Below are positions 38,533 to 49,427 of a stretch of 64,000 nucleotides of DNA, one piece after another (position 1 is the stretch's first letter; each line of letters begins with the position of its first letter). The stretch is from IMG/VR virus record IMGVR_UViG_3300045988_183127. One strand, 5' to 3'. The notes beneath the pieces are model-generated. The model worked only from the letters and a program-made list of their open reading frames with translations, did no database searches and was not told the DNA's origin. Origin of the DNA: a virus. Position numbers and translations under genes: made by a program.

Positions 38533-39627
38533 TTACTCATCAATTACATTTTTTATATTTTTTTCGGTAAAGGATGTAATATTTTCTTCTCCCTTAAGTC
38601 TTTTTCTGATTAAAGTTTCTAATTTATCTTTATATTCCGAGTGCTCTTCTATATATAATTTAGCATTTGCTCTGCCCTGCCATCTTAAACTAGAATCTTC
38701 TGCATCTGTAAACCAAGCTCCAGTTTTATTGATAAATCCATGTTCAACAGCTAAATCAATTATTTCACCATTCTTGTCTATACCTTTACCAAATGAAATT
38801 TCAAATGTTGCCTCCTTAAATGGAGGAGCTATTTTATTTTTAACTACCTTTGCTTTTGTTCTGTTAGCAACAATAGCTCCGCCTTCCTTAATTGACTCAA
38901 TTCTTCGTACATCAATTCTTACAGAAGAGTAAAACTTTAATGCTCGTCCCCCAGTTGTTGTTTCTGGGTTGCCAAACATAATTCCAACCTTTTCTCTTAA
39001 CTGATTAATAAAAATAACTGAACAATTACTTTTACTTACAACGGGAGTCAGTTTCCTTAAAGCCTGCGACATAAGTCTTGCTTGTAATCCAACATGTGAA
39101 TCCCCCATTTCTCCATCAATTTCTGCCTTAGGTACAAGAGCTGCTACAGAATCTATTACAACCAAATCTAAAGCTCCGGATCTTACCATTGTTTCTGCTA
39201 TTTCTAAAGCCTGTTCTCCGCTGTCTGGCTGTGAAATATATAAATTATTTATATCCACACCTAAATTAGAAGCATAAACAGGGTCTAATGCATGTTCAGC
39301 ATCAATAAACCCGGCAATTCCACCATTTTTTTGTATTTCTGCAATCATATGCAAGGTTAAAGTTGTTTTACCACTTGATTCCGGGCCAAATACTTCTATA
39401 ATTCTTCCTTTTGGAATTCCTCCGCCTAAAGCCTGATCCAGTGCTAAGGAACCTGATGAAAATGTTTCAACATTTAATTTCTTTGTATCACCTAATTTAA
39501 AGACAGAACCTTTGCCATAGGTCTTTTCAATTTCTAACATTGCAGCATCAAGTGCTTTTAATTTGTCATTTGAAATTGATTCGTTACCCTGTGTTTCGGT
39601 ATTAATATTCTTTGGTGGTCTTCCCAT
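38533..39627 (-). CDS. recA: RecA recombinase
   Basis: [13 protein letters not shown] Walker [27 protein letters not shown]; 364 aa. Confidence 0.9.
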   Translation of the reverse strand: MGRPPKNINTETQGNESISNDKLKALDAAMLEIEKTYGKGSVFKLGDTKKLNVETFSSGSLALDQALGGGIPKGRIIEVFGPESSGKTTLTLHMIAEIQKNGGIAGFIDAEHALDPVYASNLGVDINNLYISQPDSGEQALEIAETMVRSGALDLVVIDSVAALVPKAEIDGEMGDSHVGLQARLMSQALRKLTPVVSKSNCSVIFINQLREKVGIMFGNPETTTGGRALKFYSSVRIDVRRIESIKEGGAIVANRTKAKVVKNKIAPPFKEATFEISFGKGIDKNGEIIDLAVEHGFINKTGAWFTDAEDSSLRWQGRANAKLYIEEHSEYKDKLETLIRKRLKGEENITSFTEKNIKNVIDE

Positions 39628-39717
39628 ATTTAATTCCTCCTAAAAAATAATTTATACATTGATATATATGACAGTTTTTGTTGAACAATTTTTTACATAA
39701 ATTAATTTAATTTATAT

Positions 39718-40209
39718 TTAAGAGACATTTTGTTTAAGCAACTCTTCTCTCTTTTTATCTAAATAGACTACACCAACAGCATATGAAGCCCAGATATCTT
39801 TTTTAAAGCCATAAAACCATCCCGGATTCTTTTTAGTTCCTACAATTCCAAATCTATCTATTAATGCTTGCCTTATATTCGCATCCTTTGCTCTTGAATC
39901 ATGGCAAATAAATTGTTTTTCTTCTATTCTGTATATTTGCGTCCATTTAATATTTCTGCTTTCAGTTACTTGAATGAATCTGCCAATCCATACACATGTA
40001 TCAAATACAGTTTTTCCTACTGCCATACCATATGAAGCTATCATTTCTATTGCTAAAATATCAAAATCAATTTTATTCATTAATTTTAATAATTCATTAT
40101 TATCTAATAATCCTTTGTCCAATATATGATAATTACTATCTAATAATGAATAAGCCGATTTAACATCTCCTGGATCTATTGCTAATATAATCTGTCTATT
40201 ATTTTCCAT
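39718..40209 (-). CDS. RuvC-like Holliday junction resolvase
   Basis: ILAIDPGDVKSAYSLL N-terminal catalytic Asp and AIEMIAS Glu, RNase H-like spacing; 163 aa. Confidence 0.55.
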   Translation of the reverse strand: MENNRQIILAIDPGDVKSAYSLLDSNYHILDKGLLDNNELLKLMNKIDFDILAIEMIASYGMAVGKTVFDTCVWIGRFIQVTESRNIKWTQIYRIEEKQFICHDSRAKDANIRQALIDRFGIVGTKKNPGWFYGFKKDIWASYAVGVVYLDKKREELLKQNVS

Positions 40210-40339
40210 ATTTTTCCTCCAATATATAAAACTTTATATTAAAAATATGACAGCTTAAAAAGAAAAATAAGACAATCTCAAATCAATGAAATTGCCTTAT
40301 TTATTAAAATATTTAGTTGTTGTGTTGTGTATTCAGATA

Positions 40340-42091
40340 TTAATAATCAATATCATCGAAAATAATCTGTGGAGTTGTTACGCCATTCCATGTATTTTCA
40401 CTTAATCTTCCATATAAAGTTAAAACAGTTGGTTCTCCAAGCTTTTCAAATTTTTCAACTAACCCGCCAAAATTAATTGCGTTAGCCTGATTATTAAAGA
40501 GTTTTAAAACCTTTTTTTCAGCACCCAAAAGCTGATAATATACACCTTTTCTTAGTTCTGTCATATAAGAAATTTTATATCTTGGCTCTTCAAATCCTTT
40601 GCCAAAGATATAATTATGAAAGGCTTCCTGCTCTTCCTTTACCTGCTCTACTGTAATATCGTAATCATAATACTTGTAATTGAACTCTTTTGGCTTTTCT
40701 CCTGCAGCTTCATGTATAGTTTCAATAAACTTATCCATATTTTCAGCTTTAACTTCTGAAATACCTGCTGCATACGGATGTCCTCCATAATTACCCATAT
40801 ACTGCTTAACCTGATCTAATAATAACTTCATATTAACATTTGCCCCTTCAATTTCTGGTGCTCTTGCAGAACCTTTATAGGCGGTACCATTATTTATTGG
40901 AGCAAATACAATAACAGAAGTATTGTATTCTTCCTGTAACTTACCGGCAATTAAGCCAATAACTCCCGGATGTATTTCTCCTTCCTTACCACATATAACA
41001 ATAGGATAGTCATTTTCCATATGAGCTTCCTCTATACGCTGTTTTAAAACAGGTAAAAGGTCATTAGTATATGCCTTTCTTCTTTCGTTTGCTTCTACTA
41101 GAACCTTTGCTTTTGCAATTGCTGTAACAAAGTCGTTGTCATTCTGAAGGAAAAGGTCTACTACCTGATTAGAACCAAAAGTTTCCAGTCTTGAAATAGC
41201 GTTAATGGTAGGACTTATTAAATAAGCTAAATCATCAGTTGTTACAACAGTTTCAAGATCAGGTTTAAGGCCTACAAGTAAGCAGAACATTCCGGTTGTA
41301 CGTCCAGAATTCTGTGTTAATGTAAATAACCCGTTCTTGAGTATTAAATAATTATCATATCCATATACTCCATTAATATTTTCAATTAAATTAACACTAT
41401 CACCAACAGTTGCGATAGCAGCAAGACCATTTATCTTATCTATTGTTTCATCTTTGATATACCATTCTGGCAAATTTAATTGCTTAATATGCTGAGCAAA
41501 TTTATATACAAGCCCTGCACCACAATAATCTGAGAATTTTGCACCACAATCAACTGCATGAGGATCAATAATTACATCTGCAGGTGGCAATATTTTTTTA
41601 TTGGTTTCGTCAGTAACTGGAAGGTGATGATCTAAAATAAGAACACTCCAACCTAATTCTTTTGCCTTTGTTATTGCGTCAAGAGCTGCGATACCATTAT
41701 CTACAGTTATTAACAATCCTGTATCATAATTTTTTATAACTGGTAAACCATGAATTGATATTTCATTACATAAATATTCTACAATATTTGCAGAAGCTCC
41801 ATATCCATCTAATTCTCTATCTGGTATATACCATTTTACATCTGAGAATTTAAGGTCTAACAACATAAGATTTAATTCAGATGTTGAACATATTCCATCG
41901 GTATCATAATCTCCTATTATTCTAACTGGCTTATATTTAAATAAACTAAGTAAATTAAACGCCTTGTCAAAATCGGAAATTTTGTAATATTCAGATGTTT
42001 CTCTACCATTATTAAAATCAGCAAAATATTTATTTGCTTTTTCAATAAAATTTACCTCATCAGTATTTTTCTTCTTCCATGTTATACACAT
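40340..42091 (-). CDS. RecJ-like DHH/DHHA1 phosphoesterase
   Basis: DYDTDGICST, ILDHHLP, GGHPYAAG; start reassigned to MCITWKKK (SD AAAAGGAGA; track start is TTG). Confidence 0.7.
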   Translation of the reverse strand: MCITWKKKNTDEVNFIEKANKYFADFNNGRETSEYYKISDFDKAFNLLSLFKYKPVRIIGDYDTDGICSTSELNLMLLDLKFSDVKWYIPDRELDGYGASANIVEYLCNEISIHGLPVIKNYDTGLLITVDNGIAALDAITKAKELGWSVLILDHHLPVTDETNKKILPPADVIIDPHAVDCGAKFSDYCGAGLVYKFAQHIKQLNLPEWYIKDETIDKINGLAAIATVGDSVNLIENINGVYGYDNYLILKNGLFTLTQNSGRTTGMFCLLVGLKPDLETVVTTDDLAYLISPTINAISRLETFGSNQVVDLFLQNDNDFVTAIAKAKVLVEANERRKAYTNDLLPVLKQRIEEAHMENDYPIVICGKEGEIHPGVIGLIAGKLQEEYNTSVIVFAPINNGTAYKGSARAPEIEGANVNMKLLLDQVKQYMGNYGGHPYAAGISEVKAENMDKFIETIHEAAGEKPKEFNYKYYDYDITVEQVKEEQEAFHNYIFGKGFEEPRYKISYMTELRKGVYYQLLGAEKKVLKLFNNQANAINFGGLVEKFEKLGEPTVLTLYGRLSENTWNGVTTPQIIFDDIDY

Positions 42092-42196
42092 ATAATTTGT
42101 TCTCCTTTTCAATATTATTTAACAAATTAATGACAGAAAAATAAAATAAAAAGCATACATTATATTGTTTTATGCAATACAATGTATGCTTCTGAA

Positions 42197-42583
42197 TCAT
42201 AAATAGAAAAACAACCCTGAATAATAATACTTAGGAAGTTTATCTATCTCTTTACAAATTTGAATAATTCTTTCATCCACTAAGAAAGAATATTGTTTTA
42301 CTCTTCTTACATCAGATTTAAAATAATGTACATCATTTATAAATCCTATAAGAATAGTAAAGAATATAACATAAGACAAAATACTTATTATACTTAATAT
42401 AATATGTATTAAACCTGTAGTTAATAAATTCAAATTTGTAAAAATAGAAATTAACAAAGTTACACATAACTTTGTCTGCTGCATAGCTGTATATTTTTCA
42501 ATATCACGCCAATAAGTTGTATAACCTGCAGCAACAGAGTTATATTTCTTTAAGAAAAAATGATTTAATATATTTTTATTCAT
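42197..42583 (-). CDS. hypothetical membrane protein
   Basis: 128-aa, two TM helices. Confidence 0.4.
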   Translation of the reverse strand: MNKNILNHFFLKKYNSVAAGYTTYWRDIEKYTAMQQTKLCVTLLISIFTNLNLLTTGLIHIILSIISILSYVIFFTILIGFINDVHYFKSDVRRVKQYSFLVDERIIQICKEIDKLPKYYYSGLFFYL

Positions 42584-42989
42584 TATTTCTTCTCCTTTAT
42601 TAATTATATTCTGATAGATATATGACAGAAAAATTAATAGGAGTATGTATATAATTTTTATTCCCTTATTACAATAAATGATAAAGTAATTTTTAGACTT
42701 AATTTAATTAATATGAAAATATCAAATTTATTAATAATAGAGTATGGAGTTTTACTATAATTTTTGTAAAATTACATTTTAGAAAACAAATAATTACTAA
42801 AATATAAATCAGCTTATTAATAGATTAATTTATATATCAAAAATATTCAAAAATATAATTCTGGGTGCTGTTGATATTTTTAAAATTTATAAAAATAATA
42901 TATGAAATGATTCATTTGATTTTAGGGTAACTTTAATAAGAATACCGTGTATACGCCATTCCAAATTCTAAAATATTGATATTATTTTT

Positions 42990-44756
42990 TTATAAATCAA
43001 ATACTAGCCTGTAATTTGGATTAAGAGCAATACTTACGTCATTATGACTTAAGCTATGTTTATCCATAAATCCGCAGGCATCAAGTTTAAAGATGATATC
43101 GTCAACATCATCTTTCCATAATCCCCATTTTTTGTCCTGATAATATATTTTTTCAAATGAATTAAAAAAGCTTGAATTTAAAATAAATTCCTTTATCTTC
43201 TTTCTAAGTATTCTATATTTGTTTGTATGTTTTTTTATTGTATCTAACTTTTCTTTATATTTTTTTACAAGCTTTTGTTTGTCTATTATGGGATTCCTCC
43301 GTGTAGCGCCAACAATTTTTCTTTTATTAATTTCTTTGATATTATTTTTTATCTGTTCAAGTCTGTCAGCATCTTCAGTAAGCTTTCGTGAAATTACATT
43401 TGAAGATACATGCAATTCTTTCATTATTTCCTTATATGTTTTACCCATTGCATATAATTCTACAATTTTATTATATTTAAATTCTCTTCGTTTTTTGTTT
43501 CTTTCTACCTGTTCTTTTTTCTTTAACTTTTCTTCCATTCTATAGCCTTCAAGATTTTTAAGACCATATTCTCTTCTTGCTGTAAGTGGATCCAACCCTA
43601 ACCCTTTTATGAAGGTCGTTGTTTTAAATTTACACCAATTCACATTATTAACATTATTAAAATCTTTGAATGTAAATAGTTCTAATTCATCAATTGATAA
43701 TGGCTCTGAAGTTTTCTTTGTCAGCTTCAGCATTTCCTTTTTTGCAGTTTCATCATCATATGCTGCTCTCAAAGTATTGTATGCGTAATATGCAAAATCT
43801 AATTTATCAACATACTTAGGAACAGCATCCTTAGCAAAATTATTAAGGAATTCTATTCTGTTTATTAAATTATCCTGTAAATATGAAGGAAGGTTTAATT
43901 TATTGCTGCTTTTGCTGTCTGAATCTTCATAGTTTACAATATCATGCAATCTGTCATTATTCTTTATAAAATATAAAGGGTGTAATGTGTTATATAAATC
44001 ATGTACAGTTGTTTTATTCTTATTAATAAATAATAATGTTGGAGTCTCAAAATTTATTGCATCATAAGTTCCAGGTACACGAATTAAAGAGTCACATTTT
44101 ACTGACTCTTTGTCTACTTCAGGGAAACCTAATGAAATTCCATTCATGTCTATTTGTTTATTTATAACCTGTAATAATACCTTTCCTACCAGATTATATT
44201 TCCACAAGAGATCCTTTGATAATTCTTCAATGCCATATATTAATTCAACTTCATTATATATAGCGTTAATAATATTAGGCTTTGGGGCATCTCCTAAAAT
44301 ATAATCATAGTTATTGAGGAAATATTGAATATTGTTTTTATAATCTTCTTCTGGCCATATTATTCTTACACATATAGCTTTTAGACAGAATATGTTCTTT
44401 TCACACCTAGCCATTCGCTTTTGTATTCTACTATGTGGTGTTTTACCAGTACTATACCCTGAAGTAGAAAAACCTATTTCAATTTTGTCATAGAATTCTT
44501 TATCTGAAACAACAGATGTCTTTAATGGGTTAATGCACATATATCTATTATATTCTTCGTTTAAATAATCTTTATTGAGATTAGAAAGCACATCTTTTGC
44601 ATTAGACCTAAAAACTGCTGTCTTAGATGAATCATTAACATTTAATGCAACAAATTGATAATGGCATTGATACTGCTCATTTTCTTGTTCTGTTATAAAT
44701 TTAATAGCCCTCTTCTCATTTTTATCTGCACAATTTAAAAATTTCTGTTTTGTCAT
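42990..44756 (-). CDS. hypothetical protein with C-terminal HTH
   Basis: 588 aa; HTH-like YAMGKTYKEIMKELHVSSNVISRKL, basic C-terminus. Confidence 0.45.
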   Translation of the reverse strand: MTKQKFLNCADKNEKRAIKFITEQENEQYQCHYQFVALNVNDSSKTAVFRSNAKDVLSNLNKDYLNEEYNRYMCINPLKTSVVSDKEFYDKIEIGFSTSGYSTGKTPHSRIQKRMARCEKNIFCLKAICVRIIWPEEDYKNNIQYFLNNYDYILGDAPKPNIINAIYNEVELIYGIEELSKDLLWKYNLVGKVLLQVINKQIDMNGISLGFPEVDKESVKCDSLIRVPGTYDAINFETPTLLFINKNKTTVHDLYNTLHPLYFIKNNDRLHDIVNYEDSDSKSSNKLNLPSYLQDNLINRIEFLNNFAKDAVPKYVDKLDFAYYAYNTLRAAYDDETAKKEMLKLTKKTSEPLSIDELELFTFKDFNNVNNVNWCKFKTTTFIKGLGLDPLTARREYGLKNLEGYRMEEKLKKKEQVERNKKRREFKYNKIVELYAMGKTYKEIMKELHVSSNVISRKLTEDADRLEQIKNNIKEINKRKIVGATRRNPIIDKQKLVKKYKEKLDTIKKHTNKYRILRKKIKEFILNSSFFNSFEKIYYQDKKWGLWKDDVDDIIFKLDACGFMDKHSLSHNDVSIALNPNYRLVFDL

Positions 44757-44926
44757 AAAATACCTCGTAGTGAAAATTCTTATATTATATTTATGACAGA
44801 CAAAAAAAAATTTTTTCTTGCATAAAAAAATAGTGCCATTTTTGGCACTATTAGACTGTAGACAAAATCCGAGGCAAAAACCTCAGATTTTTCTCATTTG
44901 TTCCTATTTTTATCATTAACGCATTA

Positions 44927-45736
44927 TCAATTATCGCCCATAACTATCAGCTCATAACAATCTTCCTCTGTTTTTGACTGATATATATTAAACATGTTGC
45001 AAATAGGATAATACTCTGAATTAAATTTATCAAAGTTGGTAATAAGTTCATTACATGTGATGAAATTATAGTTATTATTTATTCTGCTTGTCTTCGTTAG
45101 AGAATAAATACTATCTTTTATCTGCTTATCGTAGTCCAAAAGAGAACCTTTTCCAAAATCAACTATACACATGGTATTTATTATATGATTAGATTCATTA
45201 GCAGCATTTCCAAAAGCCAAAACATAGTCTTTTATCTCATCAATCTCTTTTGTTTCTTCTCTTTTCCATGAATCATGTCTCTCAGCGTTACAGAACACAA
45301 TCACATCTATGCCATGATTATGCGCTATACCCGCTAGATTTTTTAGCATTAATGTATTTTTATCCGCATTTTCACTGTCTAAAATTACATTTCTCAAAAT
45401 CATGTCATTCTTTTGTTTATTTTTTAACATAGCATTATTAAATATATCCATACTGAGATACTTAAGATAACAGGAATCATTTATGGCTTTAGCTACAGAA
45501 TCCATAGATATTGAACTCTTTTCTTCAAGTGAAAGAGTATCTTCCTCTAATTCTGAACTTGAAGAATTATCAGCACATTCATATCTTTTGCAGAAATCAT
45601 TATACTCATTTATCCATTCAATCGGAATTTCTTTTCCAGCGGCAATAAATCGTCTAATCGCCGATTTAAGTTCCTTTATTCTTTTTAATTCCCATATATA
45701 GCGTGGTATTATCCCTATTGGTGGTTTCTTTGTCAT
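44927..45736 (-). CDS. hypothetical protein
   Basis: 269-aa ORF. Confidence 0.45.
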   Translation of the reverse strand: MTKKPPIGIIPRYIWELKRIKELKSAIRRFIAAGKEIPIEWINEYNDFCKRYECADNSSSSELEEDTLSLEEKSSISMDSVAKAINDSCYLKYLSMDIFNNAMLKNKQKNDMILRNVILDSENADKNTLMLKNLAGIAHNHGIDVIVFCNAERHDSWKREETKEIDEIKDYVLAFGNAANESNHIINTMCIVDFGKGSLLDYDKQIKDSIYSLTKTSRINNNYNFITCNELITNFDKFNSEYYPICNMFNIYQSKTEEDCYELIVMGDN

Positions 45737-45857
45737 ATATTCCTCCTGATTAATATTTTATTAATATCATTGCCATCACTGAATTGTTCGACACAAATTT
45801 CTGTTTTTTTCTTCCCTCTCATAGTGCTATTTCTGGTACTATTAAGTTTTAAATATA

Positions 45858-47783
45858 TCAGCGATTATTTGAAAACGACATATGATTGTTCAAATGTTTT
45901 AAATATGGAGTAAGATATACTTTACGTTCATGATATATTTCTGGGACACATAAGTACATTTGTTTTTTTGCTCTTGTAATAGCAACATAGAATACTCTTA
46001 GATTTTCCTGTCTTTCTTCTTCAGCCATGCTCATAGCATTAAATCCTGGGTAAACTCCTGTAACACAATCAAGTACAAATACATATTCCCATTCCAAACC
46101 TTTTGCTGAATGTACTGTTGAAATAACCAAGCCCTTTTCTTCATCTTTGTTATCCATCCCTAAAGTTAAATTATCAAGAAAAGCGTTTAAAGATTTGTGA
46201 TGATTAAACACTGTACATAATTCATACAATTGTTTTAAAATATTTTTATCATCATCTAATTTATCCTGTTCATTTATTTTTTGCTCTTCATTTAATTTAG
46301 CATTTTCCAATAATTCTTTTCTTTGTTCAATATAATATTCATTTATTTTTAGCACAAGATCAGGGATACTTAACTTGTTCCTATAATACTTGATTCTAAA
46401 ATTCAAAATTGTATTATGCAATTTTTCCATGTCTTGATGAAATTTTTTTGTTGGATATTCATGCAGCAAGAAATCTTTTTCTGTTACATGTTCTACAATA
46501 TTTCTTGCATATGTATCACCAATTCCATATATTAATTGTAATATTCTAAACCACGCTAATGTGTCAATTGGATTAGCAATAACTCTTAAATAGGCTAAGA
46601 TATCCTGGACAGCTTCTCTTTCAAAAAATTTAGGTCCTCCAACTTTTTTGTACGGAATATTATTATTCATTAACAATGTTTCCAATATAGCTGAATCTCT
46701 GGAATACTTCTCTAGCACTGCTATATCCTTATATGGGACATTTTTATTATGCAGCTTAATTATTCTATTTAAAATGCAGGTTGCCTCTTCTGCCTGATTT
46801 TGAAGGCTTATGACTTCAGGCATAGTTCCTTGTTTATTATTACTTATCATATTCTTAGGATATCCAAAATTAGCATACCGGTTCATAACTGAATTTGCTA
46901 AATTAAGTATTTCTGTAGTGGAACGATAATTCTTTTCAAGTTTTATTACTTTGCAATTTTTATGCTTTTTAGGGAAATTAATAAAGTTAGACACATTGCT
47001 TCCTCTGAAAGCATAGATGCTTTGATAATCATCTCCTACAACTGCTAGATTCTCATATTTCTGAGCCATTTTAAATATAATTCTTTCCTGCAGATTATTG
47101 GTATCTTGATACTCATCTACCATAATATATTTATAACTGCTTGAAATTTGATTTCTGACAGCTTTATTATCTAATAATTCGTTAAAGTATATTAACAAAT
47201 CATCATAATCTACCAGATTATTTTCCTTTTTATAATTTTTGTATTTTTCAAACAGCTCCGTATATATATATGATAAAAATGCCAAGTTACTATCTTTAAG
47301 CCCAATAACTGTTTCTAATGGTAAATCTTGATTAATTGACATGCTAAATATTTTGGCAATTTCAGATACAGAGAAGCCGCTTTTTATTTTATATTTTTCT
47401 GGATTTTCAGCTATAAGAAGTTTAATTGTATTTACAACATCGCTCTCAGAAAGTATAGTAAAGTTTTTTCTTAGACCAACTAAAACCCCATATATCCTTA
47501 ACATTTTGGCACAAAAAGAATGATATGTACATGCAGTAATTTTATTGCATCTTTCATCTAATATTTGTGCAGCTCTTTCACTCATTTCATTAGCTGCCTT
47601 ATTAGTGAATGTTAAAAGCAGAATACTCTGAGGTGGAATTCCATTTTCTATCATATATGCAACTCTATGTATTAATGTTGCTGTTTTGCCTGTACCTGCT
47701 CCTGCAATAATAAGTAATGGTCCATCAATTGTTGTAGCAGCTTCATATTGCTGCTCATTTAAAACAGCTTTATAATCAATCAT
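45858..47783 (-). CDS. UvrD/Rep-family SF1 helicase
   Basis: GPLLIIAGAGTGKT, MVDEYQDTN, VGDDYQSIYAFRG, STVHSAKGLEWEYVF. Confidence 0.85.
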   Translation of the reverse strand: MIDYKAVLNEQQYEAATTIDGPLLIIAGAGTGKTATLIHRVAYMIENGIPPQSILLLTFTNKAANEMSERAAQILDERCNKITACTYHSFCAKMLRIYGVLVGLRKNFTILSESDVVNTIKLLIAENPEKYKIKSGFSVSEIAKIFSMSINQDLPLETVIGLKDSNLAFLSYIYTELFEKYKNYKKENNLVDYDDLLIYFNELLDNKAVRNQISSSYKYIMVDEYQDTNNLQERIIFKMAQKYENLAVVGDDYQSIYAFRGSNVSNFINFPKKHKNCKVIKLEKNYRSTTEILNLANSVMNRYANFGYPKNMISNNKQGTMPEVISLQNQAEEATCILNRIIKLHNKNVPYKDIAVLEKYSRDSAILETLLMNNNIPYKKVGGPKFFEREAVQDILAYLRVIANPIDTLAWFRILQLIYGIGDTYARNIVEHVTEKDFLLHEYPTKKFHQDMEKLHNTILNFRIKYYRNKLSIPDLVLKINEYYIEQRKELLENAKLNEEQKINEQDKLDDDKNILKQLYELCTVFNHHKSLNAFLDNLTLGMDNKDEEKGLVISTVHSAKGLEWEYVFVLDCVTGVYPGFNAMSMAEEERQENLRVFYVAITRAKKQMYLCVPEIYHERKVYLTPYLKHLNNHMSFSNNR

Positions 47784-47815
47784 AAATTATTACAATCCTT
47801 TCCATTATTAAATTT

Positions 47816-47872
47816 ATGAACTACTCACAACCGACTATTGTCGGATGGAGTTTTCTTACTATTTTTCAATAA
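47816..47872 (-). repeat. copy c4 of 57-bp 5-prime UTR repeat family
   Basis: between type-B box (47890) and the UvrD start. Confidence 0.6.
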
Positions 47873-47935
47873 AAATCTTTTATTTAAAATATGACAGATT
47901 TATAGTGGATTTTTCTTACATAAAAAAAGAGAAGC

Positions 47936-48679
47936 TTATTGCTCCTCTTTTTCAACTCTTATTTCAACAATCTCACCTTTGAAATAATCATTAACAGATT
48001 CAATATTACCTGAATGGATTACTCTATTATCCAATAATGGAGTATCTACAATAAATTCTATTACAGATCCATTTGGATTCTGCCTATGCGTCAGTTTATC
48101 TGTATGTTCATCAGATTTAGCTTCAGCAAAAATACAGGGGATAATAGTTCCGTTTTCTAAAACCACATCAATTTTTTTACCTATAGTCTTTGTATAAAAT
48201 GAACCTACTGCTATACAATATCTATCATTTACCATTCTAAGACCGGTATTAACATCTGTATAAGCTTCATTATCCTGCATATCAAATTGCTTAGATGTTT
48301 TATCTGTAATTGTTCTATAATCCATAAAGGATTTGAAATGGCAATTATCAGGAGTATCATATAATTCATATTCAGATAAATAAATATTAGGAATATCGTT
48401 TTTATCCGAATCGGATTCTAAATCTGAATTATCTTCATTAACTTCAACTTCTTCAATTGTTTGACAATTAATATCATCATCTAATGAATTATCTGATATT
48501 TTCTTTTGAATTGTTGTAAAAAAAGCTGATTGATTAGGCTTTATTGTATGGTTTGTAAAATTAGAACATTTTTTGTTTTCAGCCGCATACACATATGGCT
48601 TAAAATTACATAAGCAAATACACAGTGAAAATAAAAATAAACTTAAAGTAACATTGAATTGTTTTAAAAATTTTTTCAT
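47936..48679 (-). CDS. secreted hypothetical protein
   Basis: signal peptide MKKFLKQFNVTLSLFLFSLCICLCNFKPYVYAAE; acidic middle. Confidence 0.5.
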   Translation of the reverse strand: MKKFLKQFNVTLSLFLFSLCICLCNFKPYVYAAENKKCSNFTNHTIKPNQSAFFTTIQKKISDNSLDDDINCQTIEEVEVNEDNSDLESDSDKNDIPNIYLSEYELYDTPDNCHFKSFMDYRTITDKTSKQFDMQDNEAYTDVNTGLRMVNDRYCIAVGSFYTKTIGKKIDVVLENGTIIPCIFAEAKSDEHTDKLTHRQNPNGSVIEFIVDTPLLDNRVIHSGNIESVNDYFKGEIVEIRVEKEEQ

Positions 48680-48784
48680 AATGTTTCTCCATTAATATAT
48701 TGTTCATTATATATATGACAGAGAAAAAAAGTCTTTATGCGATTAAACATAAAGACTTTTACAATAGTTTGATAAAGTAAAGTA

Positions 48785-49405
48785 TTATCTGGATATATCT
48801 TCTTCCATATTTTTTATATTTAATTGTTTATTTTGTGTCTTTTGAATAGATTTAATAATTTTAATTCTATCATCTGGGGACAGGCTTTGTGATAATTCAG
48901 CAAGCTTTTTAAAAGAACAATACTCCTGACCGTTAATTATCATAATATCTCCTTTTTCAATATATCCTTCATCCTCTTTTAATAAATCGAATACATTACT
49001 GTTTATATTTTGTTTTATTTCAGATTTATTATTATTTAAATTATCATCTTTATTAACAACTTCAGAATCAATTTTATTATTCCATTGTGAAATTATATTG
49101 ATTTCATCATCATTAATTGTATAGATCACAGTACCTTCATTATCTTCAAATATTACTTTTTCCCAAAATAATCCACAATCAAAATCATTTACTATAATAT
49201 TCAGTTCTTCATCTAAAAATCTTGTGTCGCTATCATATTCATCTGCTGCATCTCCTAAAATTTCAGCTTCTGAACATTCAAAGTATTCTTCATCTTGAGT
49301 TTCAGAATCACTAATATTTATTAAAACAGATTGATTATTTTTAAGTTTTATTTCCATATATTCAGGAATATTCATATAGTTATTTGCATAACATTTTATT
49401 TTCAT
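48785..49405 (-). CDS. hypothetical acidic protein
   Basis: 206-aa ORF. Confidence 0.45.
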   Translation of the reverse strand: MKIKCYANNYMNIPEYMEIKLKNNQSVLINISDSETQDEEYFECSEAEILGDAADEYDSDTRFLDEELNIIVNDFDCGLFWEKVIFEDNEGTVIYTINDDEINIISQWNNKIDSEVVNKDDNLNNNKSEIKQNINSNVFDLLKEDEGYIEKGDIMIINGQEYCSFKKLAELSQSLSPDDRIKIIKSIQKTQNKQLNIKNMEEDISR

Positions 49406-49427
49406 ACGGCCTCCTAAAAAATTGGTT

